DNA from: Spirochaetia bacterium
Lineage (GTDB): Bacteria; Spirochaetota; Spirochaetia; UBA9216
Assembly: GCA_963675665.1 (NCBI GenBank)
Contig: OY776510.1
Coordinates: forward strand, 1,152,001-1,216,000
Reading direction: 5' to 3'
Length of the DNA: 64,000 nucleotides
In this document: piece after piece, positions 9,731 to 19,458 of the stretch
Layout of the letters: each line of letters opens with the position of its first letter
Position numbering within the stretch: position 1 is the stretch's first letter
Made by a program: the position numbers and the translations under genes
The notes under the pieces: generated by a model
What the model saw: the letters and a program-made list of their open reading frames with translations, nothing else
Database searches by the model: none
What the model was told of the DNA's origin: nothing

Positions 9731-12700
9731 TTCCGGAGAAACTTATTATAGAGGGCTTGTACTCATATAAGAAAAAGACTGAAATTGATTTTTCCACTCT
9801 GTGCAAAGCGGACCTTTTCGGAATATTTGGAAATGTCGGAAGCGGGAAATCGGCCATACTTGAAGCGGTAACATATGTGCTCTACGGCAGAATCGAGAGG
9901 CTTCCCGGAAAGATGATGAATTATAACCTGATGAATCTTTCCTCGGACATAATGCATATTGATTTTATTTTCAGAAACAGGGAGAAAAGATACCGGTTTA
10001 CCTTTGACGCCAAACGGAACAAAAAGGATTTTAACAAAATCGAGACTCCGAAAAGAAGCGGATATGCTGATGACAATGGAAAATGGGTGCCGCTTTTTGA
10101 CAAGGACCATGTTGTATCGGCGGAAGAAATTATCGGTCTGAACTATGATAATTTCAGACGGACGATTATTGTTCCGCAGGGCCGGTTTCAGGAGTTTCTG
10201 CACCTGGAGAAGGCAAAACGCACTGAAATGCTTATGGAGCTTTTCAACCTCGGCCGCTTTGATTTGTATGCCGCAGCTTCCGGTCTCGGAACGCGGAATT
10301 CCGAGCTTGCGGCAGCTGCAGAGGGTGAACTGAGAGGGCTTGAGAATGCAACGAAAGAAGAAATGGATTCCGCCGAAAAAGAAGCGGCAACCATTGAGAA
10401 ACGTATAGCCGAGTTAAGCGGCAGTCTTGATTCAGGCCGCCTCAGGCTGAGAGAGTTTGAAGAGCTGTCGGCGCTGACGGTGGAAAAGCGATCGGCGGAA
10501 GAGGAACTGGTATCAATGACGAAAGAAGTTCCTGTATTCGGGGAACGCAGACGGGCCCTGATTGTTTTTGAGGACTGCCGCAGCCGTTTTAAATCATTGC
10601 TGGAGATACACAGTATGATAAGTACGGAACAGAAGCAGGTTGCCGGGCAGTTTGAAACGGCTTCGCTGAAGGTTGAAAGCGGAAAGCTGGCTCTGAGAGA
10701 AGCCGAATCTTCTTTTGCCGATATAGAAGGCGAATATAAAAATATTGATAAAACCCTAAAGCAAATTGACTGGTTAAGCGAGCTTGCCGGGTTGAAGCAC
10801 GATCGCGACAGGGCTTCCGGGCTTGTCGGCCTGATTGCGGATGCAGAGAGCAAGTCGGAACGTTTGAAGCTGAAAGACGAGCAGTACGCGGCAGAACTTG
10901 AAAATGTGAAATCAGATATCGGGAAGATTGAATCAGGCGGCACTGATCTTGAAATGATGAATATGCTGTCAAACCTTTATACAGAACTGGACGGCTGCGA
11001 AAAAGCGATACGCGGGGAAGCCGCGTTTCTTGAAGAGATTGAAGCTGAGTCGGCGGAGATAATTAAAAAGCTGTCGGAATTCGAAGAACCGGATAGTTTG
11101 GAAAAAAGGATCGAAGAAAAAGAGCAATACTGCCGGGCGATGAGAGTGGATGCGGAAGTCCTGAAAGGGATTGGAAAGCTGTCGGCCGGACTTGAAAAAG
11201 GAAAACCCTGCCCCGTCTGCGGTTCAACAGAGCATCCGGCTCCGGCGAAAACGGAAATAATCAGTGATGAGGAACTACAGAAAGAGGAAGCTTTTGTTGA
11301 AACTGAAAAAAAGAAGCTGAAAGAATTAAAAGAACTATCTGCACGGCTTCAGGCGGAATGTTCATCATATGAAAAAAGGAAAACCGAAACCGGAAAAAAA
11401 CTTGCAGCCCTCCAGCAGGAGAAAGAAGGCATTATTGAGAAATTCCCTGAAGGACGGTTCGGTCCGGGCAAAGCTGATGATTTCAGGAACGAATATAATG
11501 TATTTATCAGCAACAGAAAGAACCTTGAGGTGCTGCAGGGCAAAGCAGATTCCTGCTATACCGAAATGAAACAGCTTGCCGGAGAGATAAAACAGAGTAA
11601 TGATGAGATCTCCGCGCTTAAACTGGAGCTTGCAACTGTATCAGCAAGGATTTCCGGCATTGAAAATCGAGTTGATAAGGGTTTTCTTGACGACAACAGG
11701 GAACGGTCCTCCGCAGAACTTGAAAACGAATCCCGTCGGCTTAAGGTCAGGGTTGACTCTGTTAAAAGCGGCTATGATGCAGCTGTTGCAGCTTCAAAAA
11801 AAGCTGCTGTACAGAACGAGAAGAACCTCGCCGAGTACAGCCTTCTTGAAAAAAGAAAGGATGAACTGGGACAAAAAACGGAATCGCTCTCGGCTGAATT
11901 GCAGCAGGTTCTGGCAGCTTCGAGCTTTAAAAATCTCGAAGAGGTCTCCGCCGTTCTGGCGCAAAAAATTGATCCTGAAAAAGAAAGGGCTGAAATTGAG
12001 AGTTTCGAAAGGAAGGTAAGCGAAGTGAATAACCGTCTTGAAAATATCGGAAAACGATTAAAAGGACGGACATACGACGCAGAGGCGCATGAGATTGAAA
12101 CCGGGAAAACCGACGAAATAAAAGCGGAAGCGGATAATGCTGTCGGCAGACTCGGCGAACTGAAAAACAGAATAGGGGATCTGGGTAAGAGGCTGGACAG
12201 GAAAACCGTACTTCAGAAAGAATTGGACTTGTTAAAACTGCGCGGAGAAAACATCAGTGTTTTAAAGAATCTGTTCAAGGGAAAGAAATTTATTGATTAC
12301 GCGGCTACAATCTATCTTAAAGAACTCTGCGAAGCCGCAAACTCCCGATTTAGAAGGCTTACCAGAGAGTCTCTGCGGCTGGAACTGGACGAGACGAACA
12401 ATTTCATTATCAGGGATTATCTGAATGAAGGACGTACCCGATCTGTAAAAACTCTATCCGGCGGTCAAACGTTTCAGGCTGCTTTTTCATTGTCGCTGTC
12501 GCTTGCGGACAGTATCGGACGGGAAAGATCCGGATTCTTTTTTCTCGACGAAGGGTTTGGTTCGCTTGATCGGGAGTCGCTTGAACTTGTTTTCGACAGT
12601 CTTAAATCGCTGAAGAAAGAAGAACGGACGGTCGGAATAATATCCCATGTTGAAGAGCTCAAACAGGAAATTGATACCTTTATAAGCGTCAGGCGCGATA

Positions 12701-12738
12701 ATGATGAAGGCAGTATAATAACGGAAAGCTGGAGGTGA
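9727..12738 (+). CDS. sbcC: Exonuclease SbcCD subunit C (Rad50-like)
   Basis: Walker A GNVGSGKS, Q-loop VPQGRF, zinc hook CPVCGS, signature LSGGQ, FFLDEGFGSLD, ISH; long coiled coils. Confidence 0.95.
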   Translation: MIPEKLIIEGLYSYKKKTEIDFSTLCKADLFGIFGNVGSGKSAILEAVTYVLYGRIERLPGKMMNYNLMNLSSDIMHIDFIFRNREKRYRFTFDAKRNKKDFNKIETPKRSGYADDNGKWVPLFDKDHVVSAEEIIGLNYDNFRRTIIVPQGRFQEFLHLEKAKRTEMLMELFNLGRFDLYAAASGLGTRNSELAAAAEGELRGLENATKEEMDSAEKEAATIEKRIAELSGSLDSGRLRLREFEELSALTVEKRSAEEELVSMTKEVPVFGERRRALIVFEDCRSRFKSLLEIHSMISTEQKQVAGQFETASLKVESGKLALREAESSFADIEGEYKNIDKTLKQIDWLSELAGLKHDRDRASGLVGLIADAESKSERLKLKDEQYAAELENVKSDIGKIESGGTDLEMMNMLSNLYTELDGCEKAIRGEAAFLEEIEAESAEIIKKLSEFEEPDSLEKRIEEKEQYCRAMRVDAEVLKGIGKLSAGLEKGKPCPVCGSTEHPAPAKTEIISDEELQKEEAFVETEKKKLKELKELSARLQAECSSYEKRKTETGKKLAALQQEKEGIIEKFPEGRFGPGKADDFRNEYNVFISNRKNLEVLQGKADSCYTEMKQLAGEIKQSNDEISALKLELATVSARISGIENRVDKGFLDDNRERSSAELENESRRLKVRVDSVKSGYDAAVAASKKAAVQNEKNLAEYSLLEKRKDELGQKTESLSAELQQVLAASSFKNLEEVSAVLAQKIDPEKERAEIESFERKVSEVNNRLENIGKRLKGRTYDAEAHEIETGKTDEIKAEADNAVGRLGELKNRIGDLGKRLDRKTVLQKELDLLKLRGENISVLKNLFKGKKFIDYAATIYLKELCEAANSRFRRLTRESLRLELDETNNFIIRDYLNEGRTRSVKTLSGGQTFQAAFSLSLSLADSIGRERSGFFFLDEGFGSLDRESLELVFDSLKSLKKEERTVGIISHVEELKQEIDTFISVRRDNDEGSIITESWR

Positions 12739-12740
12739 GG

Positions 12741-13163
12741 ATGCACCAGGATGAAGGGCATTATGCGGGAAAACACCCGGATGGAACAGGGCTTAATGAG
12801 GCTGCGGCTGCAGCGGCGGGAAAGCGTATAAAAAACGGACGGATAAGCTGCAGGGCTGCGCATGAAGCGGCGGAAGAAGCCGGTGTCAGCCCGGCAGTGT
12901 TGGGACAGACGCTGGATCTGCTTGAAGTCAGAATAATCGGCTGTCAACTTGGTTTGTTCGGAAATAAAGGCGAAGGTGCGAAACCGGCAGAAAACACTTT
13001 AAACTTGCCGGAAGAAATTAAATCTGCCGCTGATGAAAACGGAATAAGCTGTCTTGGCTTGTGGAAGGCTGCAGAGCGCTCAGGTCGAAGCAAGGCAGAT
13101 GCAGCCGCAATCTGCAACGCCAACGAAATAAAGATTCATACATGTCAGCTTGGAGCTTTTTAG
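12741..13163 (+). CDS. Hypothetical protein with duplicated ISC...CQLGxF domain
   Basis: Two internal copies (ISCRAAHEAA...IIGCQLGLF and ISCLGLWKAA...IHTCQLGAF); SD GGAGG before ATG 12741. Confidence 0.75.
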   Translation: MHQDEGHYAGKHPDGTGLNEAAAAAAGKRIKNGRISCRAAHEAAEEAGVSPAVLGQTLDLLEVRIIGCQLGLFGNKGEGAKPAENTLNLPEEIKSAADENGISCLGLWKAAERSGRSKADAAAICNANEIKIHTCQLGAF

Positions 13164-13178
13164 TTGAAAAAATGCAGG

Positions 13179-14126
13179 CTATAAGGTTTTGTTTTTAAAA
13201 TTGGTCAGGCTGTAGGCAAAGTCCTTGAATATGGTTTTATCAAGTTTGCCCTGATCAACATCTTTTTTTATCAGCTCAAGTGCATTAATAGGACTTAATG
13301 CTGTCCGGTAAGGTCTGTCATCATTTGTGATTGCCTCATAGCAGTCGATTATTGCCAGAACCCTGCCCGAATAAGAGATATCACTTGTTCCCTTCGGGTA
13401 ACCTGATCCGTCAAGTTTTTCGTGATGTTCAATGCTGCCCAGAGCTGCCTCGCTGATTTCGTCTTCCTCATACAGGCTGAGAATTTCATAGCCTATGGTG
13501 GTATGGGATTTTATTTTTTCGAATTCTTCATCTGAAAGTCTTCTTGAAGCCTTAAGTATATACGACGGAATCTCTGTTTTTCCTACATCGTGAAGCAGGG
13601 CGGAAAGACCGAGTTGTTTGGTTTCCTTTTCAGACAGCGAAACGTAATAACAATATCCTATTGTTAAGGCCATTACGTTTATGGAATGAAGCGCTGTTGT
13701 ATAATCATTAAAGGAAATCTTTGCAAAGTTTTTAATAACGCTGGGTTTCAGCGAAAAACCGTCAACCAGTTGATCGACAGTCTGCGGGACCTTGTTCAGC
13801 CCGCCTGCTCTTGGAGCGGAAAGAGTTTCTTCAACGAGATCTATAAGAGAGGTTTTGATGTCTGAGATATCGGCTTTTGTAATATTCTTTTTAAGTTCTT
13901 CATTAAAACCGTGTTGTGCCGCTTCGATACTTTCCAGCCGGTTCTCAGGATGGATGAAATATTCATCGATTGAGAATTTCTTTTCAAGGCTTTCATGAGA
14001 AAAAGACATTCCGGCCGGTTTGTACAGCGCTATGTTTCCTGAAGGTGTCCGGTAATATAGCGGGATATCATTATAAAAATGAAGATGAGATTTCCTAGCC
14101 CGAATCCATTTGCCGTTAGTGGACAT
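13179..14126 (-). CDS. HD-GYP domain protein (putative cyclic dinucleotide phosphodiesterase)
   Basis: LHS, LLHDVGK, HHEKLDGSGYPKG, DCYEAIT..RPYR. Confidence 0.9.
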   Translation of the reverse strand: MSTNGKWIRARKSHLHFYNDIPLYYRTPSGNIALYKPAGMSFSHESLEKKFSIDEYFIHPENRLESIEAAQHGFNEELKKNITKADISDIKTSLIDLVEETLSAPRAGGLNKVPQTVDQLVDGFSLKPSVIKNFAKISFNDYTTALHSINVMALTIGYCYYVSLSEKETKQLGLSALLHDVGKTEIPSYILKASRRLSDEEFEKIKSHTTIGYEILSLYEEDEISEAALGSIEHHEKLDGSGYPKGTSDISYSGRVLAIIDCYEAITNDDRPYRTALSPINALELIKKDVDQGKLDKTIFKDFAYSLTNFKNKTL

Positions 14127-14206
14127 CGTTTTCTACTCCTGCCGGGAAGTTATTAACAATGATAACAATGTTACAAACAAAAACAGAATTATTATTAAAT
14201 TCATAT

Positions 14207-15445
14207 TTAAATCGGTGGAAAAAGATCGAAAAAACCATCTTTTATTTCTACCGGAAACAGGTTCGCAAGGTGCCCGGCTATCCTGCCTGTGCGATTATAA
14301 AGGATTTCTTCAAGTTTTGAAACTCCGTTGATAAACGAATCAGGAAAATTTTTATCAAATTCCTCCACAAATTTGCTTTCATAAGGTCTTGCCTCAGTCA
14401 TTTTCCGGAACAGAAAACCTTTAAAATATTCATTTACTTCTTCTTTCGGCTGTTGAAGACTGTATGCCATGAATTCATTAATAAGCAGGTAAGTATTGTT
14501 TATATCGTAGCGTCTGTAATCAAGGAGATGTTTCCAGAATTCGGTTTCTTCATCGGTAAGTTCCCCGAAAACCTTATAAATTTCAGCTTTATATTGACTG
14601 TCGGTGAAAAAAATGCCGTGAAGACATTCGTGCGTTAAAAAGCGGTATCGCCAGCTTTTTTCGGTTTCCCTTGATACCGATAATACCGCGCCGGTTCCCG
14701 GGGAAAAATCACCTTCTCCCGTTTTTCGGAGAATTCCATGGTCCAAAAGAATATCGCGAAGTTCGAGTTCTTCATTGTTCAGTCTGAAACCGGTGTTTTC
14801 GGCTTTATTGAAGAAGTCGGCAAGATCTTCCGGTTTATAATCATGGGCATTCCAGCCGTGTTTCCCTTCAAGTTCGGTATTTGGTACCAGTCTGCCGGTG
14901 TAGCCGGGTTTTTCAACAAAGAACGCGAGACGTTTGAATAATCTTGCCTGAACATTATAATCGGAAGTATCAAAAATCAGAACTTCAGGAATTATATTCC
15001 AGCTGTAGACAATCCAGTCCCGGCCGTCAGCCGGTCGAAAATCGGAAAAAATAATATGACCGATGTCGGCCGGCAAAGGCGCCTGCCCGGAAGAAATAAC
15101 CGTTTTGCGGGCGGATGTCAGGTCAAAACCCTTACCGGAGTCCCTGATTATAATTTTTGACGGTGTTAATTCTGTAAGGCTTTTGTAAAGAAATATTTTT
15201 TCAGGATTCGGACCTGCGAAAAAATTAAAAATTCTTGACCCGGTTCCGTCGGTTAATTCTATCTCGGCTTCGCCTTTAAGGCTGAGCTCGATGTATGTAT
15301 GTTCAGCCGTCTCCTCACCGTCCAAAAGAAGCTCGGTTCGGCCGTTGAGCTGAAGGATTGTTATTCCTTCGGCAGAAAGGGCTGACGGAGTAAAAATATT
15401 GAGCAAGAACAGCGCTGAAGTTAAAATAAATTTTAGATATTCCAC
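14207..15445 (-). CDS. Secreted hypothetical protein with HExxH motif (putative zinc metallopeptidase)
   Basis: Probable GTG start at 15445 gives signal peptide MEYLKFILTSALFLLNIFTPSALSA; contains THECLHG and downstream NEFMAY. Confidence 0.65.
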   Translation of the reverse strand: MEYLKFILTSALFLLNIFTPSALSAEGITILQLNGRTELLLDGEETAEHTYIELSLKGEAEIELTDGTGSRIFNFFAGPNPEKIFLYKSLTELTPSKIIIRDSGKGFDLTSARKTVISSGQAPLPADIGHIIFSDFRPADGRDWIVYSWNIIPEVLIFDTSDYNVQARLFKRLAFFVEKPGYTGRLVPNTELEGKHGWNAHDYKPEDLADFFNKAENTGFRLNNEELELRDILLDHGILRKTGEGDFSPGTGAVLSVSRETEKSWRYRFLTHECLHGIFFTDSQYKAEIYKVFGELTDEETEFWKHLLDYRRYDINNTYLLINEFMAYSLQQPKEEVNEYFKGFLFRKMTEARPYESKFVEEFDKNFPDSFINGVSKLEEILYNRTGRIAGHLANLFPVEIKDGFFDLFPPI

Positions 15446-15512
15446 GCTGAAACAATAACATTTCTTGCATTTAGTTGAAAGTGTTTTTATACTGAGTTCT
15501 GGAGGCTGATGT

Positions 15513-15869
15513 ATGGAAAACAAGATACGTAAATATCTTAAAATTCTTAAAATTGAACTTGAAGATTTAATAGATGATCTGGAATTTAGCGAAAATGTTA
15601 TGGCTAAGCGTTTTAAAGAGCATGAAATAACCGAATATGTCTTTCTTGAGAATATCGGGCTCCTGAAAAAGGAAATTTTAGGTATAGAAAAGATTCAGCG
15701 GATGATTAACGATTCGAAAGAGAATATACATTCAATAGAGGAACTTAAAGCTGTGGTTGAGAACTATCTTCATAATGAAATAAAATCTGCAGGTTTGCCA
15801 AATGTTGTGTTTCTCCTGGTTAACAGAAAGCTGGATAAGGTGAGCAAGTATATGGCCTTGAACGAATAG
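15513..15869 (+). CDS. Hypothetical helical protein
   Basis: 118-aa ORF with SD GGAGG and an upstream TTGCAT...TATACT promoter-like sequence. Confidence 0.75.
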   Translation: MENKIRKYLKILKIELEDLIDDLEFSENVMAKRFKEHEITEYVFLENIGLLKKEILGIEKIQRMINDSKENIHSIEELKAVVENYLHNEIKSAGLPNVVFLLVNRKLDKVSKYMALNE

Positions 15870-15950
15870 GTTTTCTATACAGAATTCATATAATTTTAAC
15901 CGGAAGTTTTTGAATTCCAACAGATTATAATGTATAGTGAACAATCTGGT

Positions 15951-16748
15951 ATGGAAGAAAAAGAATTATTTTGCGGACTATCGGCAATTGCCGTCAAAGC
16001 CGGAGATGCAATTATGAGAGTGTATTCCGGCGAAATAGAAGTTGAACTGAAGGATGATAACTCGCCGCTGACAGCAGCCGATCGTGCTTCGCATGATATT
16101 ATCATGGACGGACTTGGCAGTATGAAATACCGCGACAGTTCTGTGCCGATAATCTCCGAAGAAGGGGAAATTCCGCATTACGGGGTGCGTCGGAAGTGGA
16201 AAAGGTTCTGGTTAATTGACCCGCTGGACGGGACCAGGGAATTTGTTAATAAACGGGATGAGTTTACTGTAAATATTGCATTAATGGAAAACAACAAGCC
16301 CCTGCTGGGCCTTGTATATCTTCCGGTAAGGAAGGTGTTGTATTTCGGAGGGGCGTCTGTGGGAACCTGGCGTGCAGAAGGTTCCGATTTGAAGCTTGAG
16401 AATGCAGAGAAACTTCCGTTGAAGATTGAGCATGATCCCGGGGTTCTGAGGGCGGCAGGAAGCCGTTCGCACAGAAGCGAAAAATATAAAAACTGGCTTG
16501 AAGCAGAGGCTGAAAGACGCGGATGCAGAAGCATCGACATTGTTACAGCCGGAAGCAGTTTGAAATTTTGCCTTGTTGCCGAGGGAGCAGTTGATATCTA
16601 TCCGAGATTCGGGCCTACAATGGAATGGGACACCGCCGCGGCCCATGCTGTTGTTGAAGGCGCCGGAAAACGGTGTACCGATCCGGACGGCGGCAGCCTG
16701 CTTTACAATAAAAAAGTTATGCGACATGAAGGGTTTATTGTATTCTAG
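15951..16748 (+). CDS. cysQ: 3'(2'),5'-bisphosphate nucleotidase
   Basis: KDDNSPLTAAD, SEE, LIDPLDGTREF, GSSLKFC, PTMEWDTAA. Start moved to 15951 because ATG 15930 lies inside the TTGAAT-N17-TATAGT promoter. Confidence 0.93.
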   Translation: MEEKELFCGLSAIAVKAGDAIMRVYSGEIEVELKDDNSPLTAADRASHDIIMDGLGSMKYRDSSVPIISEEGEIPHYGVRRKWKRFWLIDPLDGTREFVNKRDEFTVNIALMENNKPLLGLVYLPVRKVLYFGGASVGTWRAEGSDLKLENAEKLPLKIEHDPGVLRAAGSRSHRSEKYKNWLEAEAERRGCRSIDIVTAGSSLKFCLVAEGAVDIYPRFGPTMEWDTAAAHAVVEGAGKRCTDPDGGSLLYNKKVMRHEGFIVF

Positions 16749-16756
16749 GGGGAATA

Positions 16757-17704
16757 ATGGCCGTTAGCCGAAAGCATTGCATCTTTTTAAGTTCAACCGG
16801 CCGGACCGGCACAAAATTCTTTGGGGAAACGATGTCCACAATGATCCGGGACTGTGTATCGGTCCATGAGCCGGATACGACGAGGGTAACAAAGCCCCGC
16901 GACTGGATCAAAAAGATGGCCAGGTTCGGCGCGCCTAAAATGCTCTGGGGACAGTACCGTGAATGTTACAGTTTCGGAAAACTTTCAACAACACGGCACC
17001 GCGGTATTACAAAAGATAAAAAGGCCGGACAATTTATTATTGACAACCGGCTTGAATATATTGAGCATTTCAGAAAAAATCTTTATATAGAATCAAATCA
17101 TATTGTCTACGGTGTTCTGGATCTGATAACGGAACTTTTTCCGAATTCCAAAGTAATATGGATAATGCGCGATCCGCGAACCTGGATAAGAAGCGCGATA
17201 AATTCATATGCGTATCCTCTTTATGGAATTTGGGACTGGAATGCACTGAATTTAAGCGTCAGGGCCTATAATTTTCCTGAGGATCCTTCAGCGGTCAAAT
17301 GGAAAAATATGTCCAAATTTGAAAAGTACTGCTGGTATTATTCCAATATCAACAACAGGGCTTTTGAACTGATGCAGAAGGTTCCAGACTGCAGAATTTT
17401 CAGATATGAGGACCTGTTCAACAAAAAAGAAAGAGATCATTATTTTAATGAAATGCTTGAATATGCAACCGTGTTCAACGACGGTTTCAGGGCTGATTAT
17501 AATTATATGCCCGAGCTTCTGAATGTAAAAATCCATGCCGCCGCAAGCAAACGCCGCCTTTCAAAATGGGAAAACTGGAATGATACTCTTGTAAAAATAA
17601 TGGACTACCATTGCGGCGATCTGATGCAGCGTTTCAATTACGGTAATGAACCGCAATGGCAGGAGAAACTTGACCGGATTGGTTCGGTCAGATACAAAGA
17701 GTAA
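16757..17704 (+). CDS. PAPS-dependent sulfotransferase-family protein
   Basis: 5'-PSB loop STGRTGTKF, HEP, 3'-PB motif IMRDPRTWIRS, FRYEDLF, terminal FNY; 8 nt after cysQ. Confidence 0.8.
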   Translation: MAVSRKHCIFLSSTGRTGTKFFGETMSTMIRDCVSVHEPDTTRVTKPRDWIKKMARFGAPKMLWGQYRECYSFGKLSTTRHRGITKDKKAGQFIIDNRLEYIEHFRKNLYIESNHIVYGVLDLITELFPNSKVIWIMRDPRTWIRSAINSYAYPLYGIWDWNALNLSVRAYNFPEDPSAVKWKNMSKFEKYCWYYSNINNRAFELMQKVPDCRIFRYEDLFNKKERDHYFNEMLEYATVFNDGFRADYNYMPELLNVKIHAAASKRRLSKWENWNDTLVKIMDYHCGDLMQRFNYGNEPQWQEKLDRIGSVRYKE

Positions 17705-19451
17705 ATTCCGAACCTTTTCCGGGAGCGCTTTTCAGACTGATACTTCCGTTATGGGTCAGAGCTATATGTTTAACAATTGACAGCCCCAGACCGGTTCCCC
17801 CGGAGTTTCTGCTTCTTGCCTTGTCTACTCTGTAAAAACGTTCAAATATTCTGGATTGCTGGTCGTCCGGAATCCCGCACCCCTGATCCTTTACAATGAT
17901 GCAGGTTTTTCCGTCATCACCCGGGCCGGCTTTTATCTTTATTACAGTACCGTTTTCACTGTATTTAACGGCGTTGTCAACAAGATTTATTACAGCCTGT
18001 TCCGCAAGAAGCGGGTAAACCTTCATTACAAGATTATCATCGCATTCGATTCTGATGCTTATATCTTTTTCTTCAGCAAGGGTTTCGCTGCCGGAAACGG
18101 CGCTGGTTATAAGGTCAATTGCCGGGATCTCTTCAAGTGACAGTGTATCGGTATCATTTTTTTCTATACCGGACAGAAAAAGCAAATCATTGATAATTGC
18201 TTCTACTCTCAGAGAATGCTTTTCAATAATCTTGAGAAATTCATTAGTTTTTTCAGATGATTTATCAGGCAGGTCCAGCAATGTTTCTACATACCCCTTA
18301 ATCATCGTTACGGGTGTTTTAAGTTCATGAGATACATTGGCCACGAAATCTTTTCTCATTTGTTCCAGGTTTTTGGTTCTGGTGATATCATGCATTACCA
18401 GAAGCAGGGCGGTTACATTCTCTCCCGAACTGTCGAAAAGTACCGTGCCGTGCATTTCCAGGTGTACAGGTTTCGGCAGGCTAAGGGTAATTACCTGTTC
18501 GCGCGAAACACCCTGTTTTACCAGGCTTTCGGCAAAATTGTTAAAATCCGAATTCATAAAAAGTTCTATTATGCTTTTACCCTGATCTTCACTGTCCCTG
18601 ATGCTGAAAAGCTTTTCAGCAGCACCGTTTATTCGCAGAATATGCAGGTTCTCATCGGTAAAGATCACAGGCTCCGTCATGTTGTCGAGAATTTTTCGCA
18701 GTTCGTTCTTCTGCTCCTCGGTTGTCTCTATTCTTTCCTTAAGCTGGACCCCCATGGCGTTAAGATCGTCCGCTATTTCAGCAATCTCCTCGGGACTTGA
18801 AATCATCAGCTGTTCACTGAAATTTCCGGCGGCATAATGTCTGGAGGTAACTTTTATTTTATTTATTAACTGACTTACCCTTCGTGCTACGAGAAAACTG
18901 ATCCAGATTGCAAGCCCCAGGGCTATAAAACAGATAACCAGTGTCGTTCTTGTAATACGGTTTATTCGCGTATCGATATCGGCAAGCGATCTGGCAAGCC
19001 GGATTGTTCCTGAGCCGCCGTCGGTAAAGTTTATTTTAACAGCGGCATACATCATCTCGTGGGCCATTGTCGCCGAGTTCCGGACCGAAGAACCGACCCC
19101 GTCTTTAATTGCATTTCTGATTTCCGGCCGGTCCTCATGATTATTCATGTCGGCAGGATTGTTATGAGAATCAGCAATTACGGTTCCGTCTTCGCCGATT
19201 ACCGTAATCCTGAGTGTTGTTGAATCGGCTGTTCTTCTGACTAATCCGGCAAGGTCGGTATTATCTTCTGAACCGCATTCGGGTAAAAGGTTTTTCAGCA
19301 AGGTGCAGCTTTCAATCAGGTAATGCTCGGTTTCCGAATAAAAGAAATCCCTGAAACTCCGGATGTTGAATATTGTCAGAGGCACAATTGCAATCAGAAC
19401 CATTGCTATAAGAACAAGAAATGTCAGGTTGAAAAGGGGTCTTTTTTTCAT
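17688..19451 (-). CDS. phoR: Phosphate regulon sensor kinase (dCache/HAMP/PAS/HisKA/HATPase)
   Basis: DFVANVSHELKTP, NAVKYS, FERFYRVDKARSRNSGGTGLGLSIVKH; two TMs; likely start MKKRPLF at 19451. Confidence 0.92.
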   Translation of the reverse strand: MKKRPLFNLTFLVLIAMVLIAIVPLTIFNIRSFRDFFYSETEHYLIESCTLLKNLLPECGSEDNTDLAGLVRRTADSTTLRITVIGEDGTVIADSHNNPADMNNHEDRPEIRNAIKDGVGSSVRNSATMAHEMMYAAVKINFTDGGSGTIRLARSLADIDTRINRITRTTLVICFIALGLAIWISFLVARRVSQLINKIKVTSRHYAAGNFSEQLMISSPEEIAEIADDLNAMGVQLKERIETTEEQKNELRKILDNMTEPVIFTDENLHILRINGAAEKLFSIRDSEDQGKSIIELFMNSDFNNFAESLVKQGVSREQVITLSLPKPVHLEMHGTVLFDSSGENVTALLLVMHDITRTKNLEQMRKDFVANVSHELKTPVTMIKGYVETLLDLPDKSSEKTNEFLKIIEKHSLRVEAIINDLLFLSGIEKNDTDTLSLEEIPAIDLITSAVSGSETLAEEKDISIRIECDDNLVMKVYPLLAEQAVINLVDNAVKYSENGTVIKIKAGPGDDGKTCIIVKDQGCGIPDDQQSRIFERFYRVDKARSRNSGGTGLGLSIVKHIALTHNGSISLKSAPGKGSEFTLCI

Positions 19452-19458
19452 ATTGGTT

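Noticed and set aside
8498-12738. SMC-like ATPase plus nuclease as a novel defence system
   Set aside because: All motifs and the gene order match ordinary sbcDC.
14153-14176. TAACAATG repeats upstream of the HD-GYP gene as a third Pho box
   Set aside because: Period is about 9 bp rather than 11 and orientation is opposite to the gene; could be another operator, but unsupported.
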